Positions 55,856-64,000 of a stretch of 64,000 nt of DNA are shown here, in pieces. The position numbers and the translations under genes are program-made. The notes under the pieces were generated by a model. It had not been told where the DNA came from. It was given only the letters and a program-made list of their open reading frames with translations, and did not search any database. Origin of the DNA: a virus; IMG/VR virus record IMGVR_UViG_3300017917_000400, positions 1 through 64,000 of that record; one strand, given 5' to 3'. The stretch's first letter is position 1. Each line of letters opens with the position of its first letter.

Positions 55856-57629
55856 AAACTTCTATATCGTTAGCGTAACTAGTGAACCCGTTTTCTTTTA
55901 TTACCTTGAGCACGTTGTTCACTCGACCCACTAATTCATCCCTATGAGAAATTAGATAGATGTTCTTATTGCGTTCACGGCCCATCTTTTTCAAGATTCC
56001 TAAGGAGTTTTCAACTCCTGCGGCGTCCATGCCCGAATCAATAAGTTCATCTATGAATAAGAGATTGATGTTCTGGTATAACGACTCCCAGACATCGCGG
56101 AATGCCCAACTTAATCCTAAGATTAATCGATTCCTTTCTCCTCGTGACAGGTTATCAAAATCTAAGTCCTGCCCGAGTTGGGTTATTTCTACCGTTAGGT
56201 CATTTTGGAATACAACGGTGTGAGGTAGACCCACCTTATCAAGGTAATAAGTGAGACGATTATTCAAATAAGCAAGATTCTGATCAATAATCTTCTTACG
56301 AATAAACGAATCTTTGTTAGTTAACAGTTTTAATAAGAACTCTTGATGTTCCTTCATAGAATTTAAACTGTTAACTGAATCCCAAGACACTTCTTGTAGA
56401 GCAGTATTTTCTAATTCAACAATCTGTTCTTGATAAGTGTCAACTTCGTCTTGTTTATTTTTTAATTGAACTGCAAGACTTTCTAAATTGCTTCGATGAT
56501 TGTATGCTTCGTTTAAGGTGTCGTAGAACGTTGCGGGTCTGCCGTTGATATCTCCAATACTGTCTAATTCTTTGACAATCAACTCTAGGTCCCCTGTGAC
56601 TTTGGACAAGTATATATCTGCATCAACGAGATTTTTTTCTGCCGCTTTAATCATTTCTCCGTGCTTATGATCGTGCAATTCTTGTTCGCAGGCTGGACAA
56701 GTTTTATTTTCTAGTTGTTCAACTTCTTTACGATATTTTTTTACACTTTTATCTGCTTGCATCACAGCAGTTTCTAATGTTGCACGTTCTTTATTAAGAC
56801 TTTTAATCTTTGCTGATTGCTCGTCATAAATTTTAACTAATTCATGTTGTGCAATTTCTTGATCAATGTCTACTTTAGCCAACTCGTCTATAGCACTTTG
56901 AATTTTTGCAATATCTACATCTTTATTTTTCTGCCACACAGATTGTTTTAATTTTAAACTGTTAATACTCTCTTGAATTTTATCGTTAGATTTTTTAACA
57001 GCATCAATTCTTGCACTTTCCTGTGTAATTTCGTCTTTGGTAATACGAATTTGTTCTTTAAGTTCCTCTGCCTTTTCGCTCAACAGAGTAATACCTAACA
57101 GTTGTTCAATAATAACACGTTGATCGTTAGATTTCATACTTAAAAAAGGTTCAGTATATGTGTTCAATGCTACAACGTGTTTGAACATGTCGTGACTTAG
57201 CCCTAATAATTCGTCAATGTCTTTTTGTGTTTCGCGACTATCGCCTTGGCCTTCGTCGTCAACATCTGCGTTTTCCTGTTCTTGTTCGTCTACATAAAAC
57301 TTTAGTACATTAGGTTTACGACCACGTTCAATTCTATACAGTCTTCCGTCTTTTTCAAACTCAACAGTGACTAACATGTTCTTATTGTTAATTTTATTAA
57401 TAAGATTATCTTTTTTGATGTTAGTCAGTGCTTGTCCGTAAAGCGCATAACTTAATGCGTTTACAATAGTGGTCTTACCCGTGCCGTTTCGAGAGCCGGA
57501 ATCGTCACCTCCTTGGTCCAAGTTCTCGCCTAAGACTAGGGTAAGTTGCTCTTTATTAAAATCTACTGCCTGCGTAGCATTACCTACGCTCATAAAATTT
57601 TTAACTGTTAGATCTTTTATTTTTATCAT
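55848..57629 (-). CDS. gp46: Recombination nuclease ATPase subunit (gp46/Rad50/SbcC)
   Basis: KNFMSVGN, Walker A NGTGKTT, CPAC zinc hook, LSRGE signature, LLFIDE, ISH. Confidence 0.95.
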   Translation of the reverse strand: MIKIKDLTVKNFMSVGNATQAVDFNKEQLTLVLGENLDQGGDDSGSRNGTGKTTIVNALSYALYGQALTNIKKDNLINKINNKNMLVTVEFEKDGRLYRIERGRKPNVLKFYVDEQEQENADVDDEGQGDSRETQKDIDELLGLSHDMFKHVVALNTYTEPFLSMKSNDQRVIIEQLLGITLLSEKAEELKEQIRITKDEITQESARIDAVKKSNDKIQESINSLKLKQSVWQKNKDVDIAKIQSAIDELAKVDIDQEIAQHELVKIYDEQSAKIKSLNKERATLETAVMQADKSVKKYRKEVEQLENKTCPACEQELHDHKHGEMIKAAEKNLVDADIYLSKVTGDLELIVKELDSIGDINGRPATFYDTLNEAYNHRSNLESLAVQLKNKQDEVDTYQEQIVELENTALQEVSWDSVNSLNSMKEHQEFLLKLLTNKDSFIRKKIIDQNLAYLNNRLTYYLDKVGLPHTVVFQNDLTVEITQLGQDLDFDNLSRGERNRLILGLSWAFRDVWESLYQNINLLFIDELIDSGMDAAGVENSLGILKKMGRERNKNIYLISHRDELVGRVNNVLKVIKENGFTSYANDIEVYD

Positions 57630-58630
57630 AGATTATTATAGATAGCCAACAGAACTTTAGGATCGTAACTGTCGCTTTGAATACTGGCAATTTGATTGCT
57701 AACAATTTGATCTACACTTTCAAACTGTTGCACGTCTAAGTTAGTGTTAATTTCTACATCTTTCTTTTCAGGTATCAACGTAAGTTCTCTAATATTTTCT
57801 TGCGCCATATACGTTTCTTTAATAAAACTAGCCTCTTCAAAACTAATATCAATATCAATGCCTACTCGTAGATATGTTTTAGGCAGTATTAGTTTTTCAG
57901 AATTATCAATCAACTCGCTGAGCTTTATAGTCTTAAATTTAGGAGCACCCTCCCATATTTTATAAACAGGAGTCTTGCCGTGTTCTAAAATCATCATACC
58001 CCTATCGTCATCCCACGCATCTGCGTAGTTGTGCGGAAAAGCATTTCCAATATAGACAATATTTTGTTTGGCCTGTCGCTTGTGAAAGTGTCCGCTGAAT
58101 ACATATTCGGGATTTTTAAAATGATGTGCTTGTAATTCTCCATGGTCTGGCATCTGCACCATAGCATTCATCATAAACAACGGAAGTTCAAAGTGTCCAA
58201 ATATGTAACGACTCTTTAATTTCTCCATTTTTTTCCACTCGTCACCTACTAGCCACGGAACCATAGTAACATCATCTATAGTAGTAATGTCGCTGACAAT
58301 AGTGACACCCGGTATATGACGTCCCCAATCAACAGAATGTACATCACGTTTATCTTTGTAATATAAATCGTGATTACCTGGGAAGAAATAAAACTGATCA
58401 AATGCTTTGCCTAATTTTTCTAAACTACGAATGCTACTAACCATAGTCAGCATATTTAGGCTGTTACGATTGTGATGCCAGTCGCCTAGAAATATTCCAG
58501 TGTCACAACCTTCTTTTTTGGCTTCGGCAATAAACCAATCTACGAAATCCTCGCAGTCTTGATTGTGTACAGCAGAATTTGATTTTAGTCCAAAGTGTAT
58601 ATCTGTAAAACAGGCTATCTTTTTAAACAT
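57626..58630 (-). CDS. gp47: Recombination nuclease subunit (gp47/Mre11/SbcD)
   Basis: TDIHFG, LGD, GNHD, GHFE and SGHFH metallophosphoesterase motifs. Confidence 0.95.
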   Translation of the reverse strand: MFKKIACFTDIHFGLKSNSAVHNQDCEDFVDWFIAEAKKEGCDTGIFLGDWHHNRNSLNMLTMVSSIRSLEKLGKAFDQFYFFPGNHDLYYKDKRDVHSVDWGRHIPGVTIVSDITTIDDVTMVPWLVGDEWKKMEKLKSRYIFGHFELPLFMMNAMVQMPDHGELQAHHFKNPEYVFSGHFHKRQAKQNIVYIGNAFPHNYADAWDDDRGMMILEHGKTPVYKIWEGAPKFKTIKLSELIDNSEKLILPKTYLRVGIDIDISFEEASFIKETYMAQENIRELTLIPEKKDVEINTNLDVQQFESVDQIVSNQIASIQSDSYDPKVLLAIYNNL

Positions 58631-58677
58631 TCTTTACCTTTTTGATTGATATAGTGTAACAAATAATTTACTATAGG

Positions 58678-59514
58678 TCAATCTTCTCCGGTGATTGTGG
58701 GCAAATTTTCTCGTTTCATTGCATTATCGTACTCTTGATTAATCATACGAGTATAACTTGGATTCATTCCGTTTTCTTGCAAGATATCGTCTCGAATATT
58801 TTGCATTTTCTTTTCAATATTGATAACTCTAACAAATGAGTTGGTTACTGCGGCAGTAAAGTAGGCAAATGGGTTATCCGATTTACTTTCGTCAAATTGT
58901 AATCCAATTTGTGTAAGTTGCAAAATAGCCTGTCCTTTCATTTCGTCGTTATAGGTATAACCTCGAACGTTGCCACGGGTAGCATAACGCTCACAGAGTT
59001 TGATGTACATGCGAGCCAGTGTGTCTGTGATCTGTCCATGATCCTTACTAAATTTGCCTTTGATCATTCCTCCGCGCCAGTGGCTTTTTCCTACGCAGAC
59101 AAGCTCATCGTTTTCGTCAAATTTCCAATGTTGGAAGGCAGGAAAGTTTATTTTTTCTCTGTGATCTGCTTGACTCTTTGGTGTGCGTTTACGACCCGGT
59201 TCTAAAGGAATGTGATCGTAAGTCATGATGCGAAATACTAAATCTGTTTTTTCAATTTTTTTGTAATCAACTTCAAATTCTGCTAGTTTGACCTTAGTAT
59301 TTTCTGCTTTGGCTACTTCATATGCCTGCTGTGCTAGACGCTTTGCTCTAGATCTTTTTGCTTCTGCTATAGTTCTAATATTAATTTTTTCTAAACTAGG
59401 TAGAATTAGATCGTATTGATGATATTCTGGTTTGACAAAACTACAGTAGGTATTTTTACTTTTGTGTATTTCTGCTAGTAAATCTTTGTTGTTTAAGTAG
59501 TTTACTTTTTTCAT
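58678..59514 (-). CDS. gp55: Late transcription sigma factor (gp55-like)
   Basis: NYLNNKDLL...GYTYNDEM...FDESKSDNPFAYFT...F.R.I..EKK; T4 gene order 55-47-46. Confidence 0.9.
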   Translation of the reverse strand: MKKVNYLNNKDLLAEIHKSKNTYCSFVKPEYHQYDLILPSLEKINIRTIAEAKRSRAKRLAQQAYEVAKAENTKVKLAEFEVDYKKIEKTDLVFRIMTYDHIPLEPGRKRTPKSQADHREKINFPAFQHWKFDENDELVCVGKSHWRGGMIKGKFSKDHGQITDTLARMYIKLCERYATRGNVRGYTYNDEMKGQAILQLTQIGLQFDESKSDNPFAYFTAAVTNSFVRVINIEKKMQNIRDDILQENGMNPSYTRMINQEYDNAMKRENLPTITGED

Positions 59515-59566
59515 TATAATTATGACTCCTCAATATAAATTATAAACTCAGCACTTTATAAAGTCA

Positions 59567-59573
59567 ATAAATA
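59567..59573 (+). promoter_or_regulatory. Late promoter ATAAATA for the baseplate operon
   Basis: Lies upstream of the AAGGA Shine-Dalgarno and ATG 59596. Confidence 0.6.
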
Positions 59574-59595
59574 TGTTTAATAAGGATAACCAAAT

Positions 59596-60489
59596 ATGCC
59601 AGTAGACTTTAATAATTTTGTAAGTGGTGCAAGATCAATTGCCGGGTCAGCCGCTAATACTCTAGGTACAATTACAAACACTGTAAACACATTGAAAACA
59701 CAGGGATTTGGTGCGGCACTACGTAGCATAAATTTAATCCCAGGAGGGGAAACTGGTTCTAGTTCTAATCCAGCATCGGCAATTTTTAGTTCTTCTGCTA
59801 GTAGAGACTGGCGGGTTAAATTAAGTTTACCTAATAACCCGGTGTATAAAAGTAGTGCGATATTGAGACCTCTGGTAGAAACGAATGGTCTAGTGTTTCC
59901 TTACACACCAGCAATTCAGATGACACATACGGCAAACTATCAGCCAATGAATCCTGTACACAATAATTATCCTTTTTTGTCATATGAAAATAGCAAAATT
60001 GACGCTATGACAATTAACGGAACGTTTTACTGCGAAGACAGCACAGAAGCCGCATACTGGATTGCCGCAGTGCATTTTTTAAAATCTGTAACAAAAATGT
60101 CTTTTGGAAAAGATACAAACGCCGGCGCTCCTCCGCCTGTGTTAAAATTAAACGGGTACGGTGACTATGTGTTTAAAGATGTGCCTGTAGTAGTTACAAA
60201 CTTTATGATAGATTTGCCTAACGATGTTGACTACATTTCTACAGGATTGTCAGCCAATGCTCCTACAACTGCTAGTAGAGTTTCTGCCGCAGTGGCCGCA
60301 GTGACAGGCTTTCAAATTCCTGGTTCATCTTTAGGACAGGGCGTAGCATGGGCACCAGTAAAGAGCTCAATAAACGTTACAGTACAGCCTCTATACAGTA
60401 GAGACCAAGTTCGTAATTTCAGTCTTGATAAATTTATCAAAGGAGATTACGTATTAGGCTCTGGCGACAATAAAGCAGGATTTATTTAA
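59596..60489 (+). CDS. Baseplate tail-tube initiator/cap-like protein
   Basis: GLVFPYTP...GAPPPVLKLNGYG.YVF..VPVVV tube-fold motifs; precedes gp53-like. Confidence 0.6.
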   Translation: MPVDFNNFVSGARSIAGSAANTLGTITNTVNTLKTQGFGAALRSINLIPGGETGSSSNPASAIFSSSASRDWRVKLSLPNNPVYKSSAILRPLVETNGLVFPYTPAIQMTHTANYQPMNPVHNNYPFLSYENSKIDAMTINGTFYCEDSTEAAYWIAAVHFLKSVTKMSFGKDTNAGAPPPVLKLNGYGDYVFKDVPVVVTNFMIDLPNDVDYISTGLSANAPTTASRVSAAVAAVTGFQIPGSSLGQGVAWAPVKSSINVTVQPLYSRDQVRNFSLDKFIKGDYVLGSGDNKAGFI

Positions 60490-60788
60490 TGGCAAACTAT
60501 ACTAACAAAAGTCCTTGGTTTAAAACAAAAGAGTTGCCTGGATATTTGGCACCAATCAATGTTAGACCAGTAAGCGCAGAACCCGATGACTGGGTCTATA
60601 CAGTTGAACCTCAGTACAACTACCGGCCAGATCTATTAGCCAATGACTTATACGGATCTTCAAAGTTGTGGTGGGTGTTTATGCAACGCAATATGGACAT
60701 AATCAAAGATCCAGTTTTTGATTTTCGTTCTGGTGTAAAAATTTACATTCCTAAAAAATCTAGTCTTTTCCTTGTGTTAGGATTGTAA
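60489..60788 (+). CDS. gp53: Baseplate wedge LysM-like protein (gp53-like)
   Basis: RPDLLANDLYGSSKLWWVF..RN. Confidence 0.8.
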   Translation: MANYTNKSPWFKTKELPGYLAPINVRPVSAEPDDWVYTVEPQYNYRPDLLANDLYGSSKLWWVFMQRNMDIIKDPVFDFRSGVKIYIPKKSSLFLVLGL

Positions 60789-60789
60789 A

Positions 60790-63087
60790 ATGCCATTAGC
60801 AGACAGCATTGGAATTCAGCCTAACATACTGGAACTATTCACTTCCTATACTACACTGTTTACAGTTAGTGCGCTGACCAGCGATCAAATAAATTTTCCT
60901 GAATCTAGTTATAAAAACAATCAGTTAGGAAAAATAATTTTAAGAAGTGCCGCAGGTAAACCTGATAACAGAATTGCTACCGCTTACAAAACATCTGCTA
61001 ATCCTTCAGGAAAATATGATTTTTATATTGACAATATAGAAATAGGAAGTTTAATAACCTATGATAAAAGAACTAAAGGTACAAATTCAACTAACATTAG
61101 TTTTAATGTATTTGAACCTTATAGTTTAGGTATGTTTTTACAGGCACTACAAATTGCCGCCGCAGAAGTAGCCGACAACGGCATAGCAGTAAATTACACA
61201 GAGATCCCATATCTTCTAACAATAGAATTTATTGGCTATGATAAAAACGGAAATATTATACCTATAGGAGATGTACTGAACAGACATATCCCATTTACCT
61301 TTGGTAACATCGATATGGACATTACCGCGTCTGGTTGTAGGTACAGCGTAACAGCAGTTCCTTATAATGAATCTGCTCTAGCAGATGCAGTAAACATTTT
61401 AAAATCAGATATTAAGATTAGCGGAACAACAGTTCAAGAGATTTTGCAATCTGGCGAAAATAGTTTACAGCGATGGTTAAATGAACGTACAAAGGAGATG
61501 GCTAAACAGGGCAGTGAAACAGGCAAAGAAGAATATGTGCCGGATGAAATTGTTATTATTTTTCCTAAAGACGGCGCTCGTATTTCTTCAACAGAACTAC
61601 CAGATGACTCGGGGCAGTCAGTGACTGAAAACCCAAATAATTCTGGATCGCAGTCAAAAATAGAAAATAAACTTACACTAAACAAAACGTCTGTAGCATC
61701 TGCAAGTTCCATAACCTTATTAGTACAGAATTCTGAATCTTTAAATGCTATTGGCACTTCTAAGATGGGGTTCACTCTTAATACTGGGGGCGAAAGTCAG
61801 TTAAAGCCTAAAGATCAAATACAAAAAGATCCAGATAAGCCAAACTCTAGAAAAGACAATGTCTACGACCCTAAGGATAAAGTTTTTAAATTTGCCAAGG
61901 GTAGTTCTATTATCAATGCTATTACAGAAGTTTTGTTAATGAGTGAATACTGTAAAACTAATGTAACTGCACCGTCAGATAGTTCAGGTTTAAAAAAATG
62001 GTTTAGAGTAGAGACTCAAGTTTATAATTTAAAACCTACGGTTGGTAATAATAATAGAGCAAAAATTCCTAGGTTATATGTTTTTAAAGTAGTAGAATAT
62101 CTAGTACACGAGCATAGATTTAAACCACCTTCATCGCAGCCGCAAGGGTATGAACAATTAAAGAAAAATGCTGTAAAAGAATATAATTATATCTACACTG
62201 GTAAAAATGTAGATATTCTTACTTTTAATATACAATTAAAAGCCGGTATGTTTACCACAGCCTATGCTGATAGAAATGCATTATCTGGTTCAGCATATGG
62301 TCAAATTAATGGTCAAGGATTAGAAAAAACCGGACAGCCAACTAGCGATGAATCTAATAAAGTATCTACTGATAAAGGAATACCTAATCAACCAGTAGGC
62401 GAACTAGCCTCAAGATACAAAAACGCCGGCGGCGGCCCTAACGACGATTATCGAAGTTTAATTGCTAAAAATTTCTATGAAGCATTATTAAACAGCCAGG
62501 GCGATATGTTAACGGCAGAAATTGAGATTATAGGAGATCCTTATTATATTGCTGACAGTGGCATGGGAAATTTTAGCGATATTCCTGTTAACTTTAACGA
62601 AAACGAAAACGGTTCAATGAATTATCAAAGCGGGGAAGTTGACATTATTGTAAATTTTCGAACACCTGTTGACTACAATGGTTTAACAGGTGGTATGGAT
62701 TTTATTAACGGTGTTGAAAATACAGGATTCAGTGGGTTGTATAATGTACAAGAAGTTATTAACAGTTTTAAGAGCGGAAAGTTTACGCAAACATTAAAAG
62801 CAATTAGAAGACCAATTCAGGAACCTTCTAAAGAAGTACAAAATCCGTCAAGTTCTCCAATACGTGATGAAACAGGAAAAATAAGCAACATTAGAAGAAA
62901 TGAGGAAACTGGAGAATTGTATGATGCTACTGGATTATACGAAGATGATGGAAAAACATTGACTAAGAAACCAGGAGAGGCTGATAAGAAATCAATTGAT
63001 TCTGTCAGCAGAGGAACAAGAGAAAGTCAAGTTGAATATACAAACTCAGGAATACCAGTTCCTGGACGTCCTAGAGGTGGTACATAA
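60790..63087 (+). CDS. Putative baseplate hub protein (gp27/VgrG-like)
   Basis: Lies between gp53 and gp5; IIGDPY...SGLYNV..V...F..G.FTQ.L...R C-terminal motif. Confidence 0.6.
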   Translation: MPLADSIGIQPNILELFTSYTTLFTVSALTSDQINFPESSYKNNQLGKIILRSAAGKPDNRIATAYKTSANPSGKYDFYIDNIEIGSLITYDKRTKGTNSTNISFNVFEPYSLGMFLQALQIAAAEVADNGIAVNYTEIPYLLTIEFIGYDKNGNIIPIGDVLNRHIPFTFGNIDMDITASGCRYSVTAVPYNESALADAVNILKSDIKISGTTVQEILQSGENSLQRWLNERTKEMAKQGSETGKEEYVPDEIVIIFPKDGARISSTELPDDSGQSVTENPNNSGSQSKIENKLTLNKTSVASASSITLLVQNSESLNAIGTSKMGFTLNTGGESQLKPKDQIQKDPDKPNSRKDNVYDPKDKVFKFAKGSSIINAITEVLLMSEYCKTNVTAPSDSSGLKKWFRVETQVYNLKPTVGNNNRAKIPRLYVFKVVEYLVHEHRFKPPSSQPQGYEQLKKNAVKEYNYIYTGKNVDILTFNIQLKAGMFTTAYADRNALSGSAYGQINGQGLEKTGQPTSDESNKVSTDKGIPNQPVGELASRYKNAGGGPNDDYRSLIAKNFYEALLNSQGDMLTAEIEIIGDPYYIADSGMGNFSDIPVNFNENENGSMNYQSGEVDIIVNFRTPVDYNGLTGGMDFINGVENTGFSGLYNVQEVINSFKSGKFTQTLKAIRRPIQEPSKEVQNPSSSPIRDETGKISNIRRNEETGELYDATGLYEDDGKTLTKKPGEADKKSIDSVSRGTRESQVEYTNSGIPVPGRPRGGT

Positions 63088-64000
63088 TGGGTATTGAAAA
63101 TAATCGATCAGTTGAAAAAAGTAGTCGAAGCACGATTGATCCAGGGCCGCATCTTGCTCGAGTTATTAGAACAGAAGATAACAAATACATGGGAACTCTC
63201 CATGTACAGTTATTGCGAGACATTGGCAATATTCCTAACAGCGAAGCCAGCACATATCCAGTTCAGTATCTTAGTCCGTTCTATGGTGTAACAAATGTTG
63301 AACTCATAGGTAAAAATAATACATTTAATGATACACAAAAAAGTTATGGTATGTGGATGGTACCGCCAACTGAGGGCGGAGTTGTTGTTGTGATGTTTAT
63401 TAATGGCGATGTTAGTTTAGGTTTTTGGATTGGATGCGTACAAGACGAATACATGAACTTTATGGTACCAGGATTAGCCGCAACAGAAATAAACACAAAA
63501 CTTCCTTCATCTAAACAACCTGTCGCAGAATTTAACAGACTAATAGTTGAAGGAAATCAACCAGACTCTACACAAATTAAAAAACCAGTACATCCATTTT
63601 CTGAAGTGTTGTTGCAACAAGGACTGTTAGAAGACGAGACTAGAGGAATTACAACCAGCAGTGCTCGCCGAGAAAGTCCAAGTAATGTATTTGGAATATC
63701 TACTCCTGGTCCAGTTGATAGAACTCAAGGTGCTCCTCGAGGAAAAACTGGCTCAAAAGAAAATCCGTCTACTGGAACATTTTACAGCAGACTTGGTGGT
63801 ACAACGTTTGTTATGGACGACGGTGATGATAATTTTTTAAGAAAAACACTAGCAAGTGATGGCCCGCCAGAATATGCTAGTGTAGAAAACGATCAAAAGG
63901 GAGGCATTCCTAATATTCCTCATAATGAGTTATTTCGTATTCGTACTAGAACTGGTCATCAAATACTATTACACAACAGCGAAGACTTAATCTATATAGG
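63087..64000 (+). CDS. gp5: Baseplate central spike (gp5-like, OB-fold N-terminus), runs off the window
   Basis: Not in the ORF track. ATG 63087 (TAATG overlap) reads MGIENN...GPHLARV...D.KYMGTLHV...SYGMWMVPP..G..VVVMFINGD...GFWIGC...FVMDDG...IRTRTGHQILLH. Confidence 0.8.
   Translation, partial: MGIENNRSVEKSSRSTIDPGPHLARVIRTEDNKYMGTLHVQLLRDIGNIPNSEASTYPVQYLSPFYGVTNVELIGKNNTFNDTQKSYGMWMVPPTEGGVVVVMFINGDVSLGFWIGCVQDEYMNFMVPGLAATEINTKLPSSKQPVAEFNRLIVEGNQPDSTQIKKPVHPFSEVLLQQGLLEDETRGITTSSARRESPSNVFGISTPGPVDRTQGAPRGKTGSKENPSTGTFYSRLGGTTFVMDDGDDNFLRKTLASDGPPEYASVENDQKGGIPNIPHNELFRIRTRTGHQILLHNSEDLIYI

Noticed and set aside
3042-61775. Many short ORFs antisense to or overlapping long genes in the ORF track (e.g. 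3042-3443, 38921-39397, 47924-48364, 55960-56223)
   Set aside because: They are shadow frames of well-supported genes, with no motifs or ribosome-binding sites.
63094-63291. 65-aa ORF from the track
   Set aside because: Out-of-frame overlap with the gp5-like gene starting at 63087.
1-64000. Stop-codon reassignment or tRNA genes
   Set aside because: Core genes are full length and densely packed in the standard code; no tRNA cloverleaf with a TTC loop was recognised in the intergenic gaps.

Overview
This is a 64-kb segment of a large T4-like myovirus (contractile tail, Tevenvirinae-like gene set), read in the standard genetic code. From left to right it holds: neck and tail-terminator genes; a ~7.9-kb tailoring-enzyme cassette (NUDIX, six 2OG-Fe(II) oxygenases, flavin-dependent halogenase, carbamoyltransferase); a ~32-kb minus-strand block of paralogous fibre/appendage proteins (two of 3154 and 2623 aa); head genes (gp20-21-22-23); a tape measure; gp26-like; a GIY-YIG nuclease; gp46/47/55; and baseplate genes (gp53, hub, gp5). 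Five observations stand out. (1) A ~440-nt non-coding region with many helices and predicted pseudoknots lies directly downstream of the GIY-YIG nuclease. (2) Six CxRD repeats in the giant fibre resemble the bilin-attachment helix of phycobiliproteins. (3) A predicted -1 frameshift fuses gp26-like to a start-less downstream ORF. (4) Structured 5' leaders precede some late genes, while others appear leaderless. (5) A 'fibre with hydrophobic C-terminal helix + 110-aa partner' cassette recurs three times. All family assignments come from motif recognition by eye; no database search was run.
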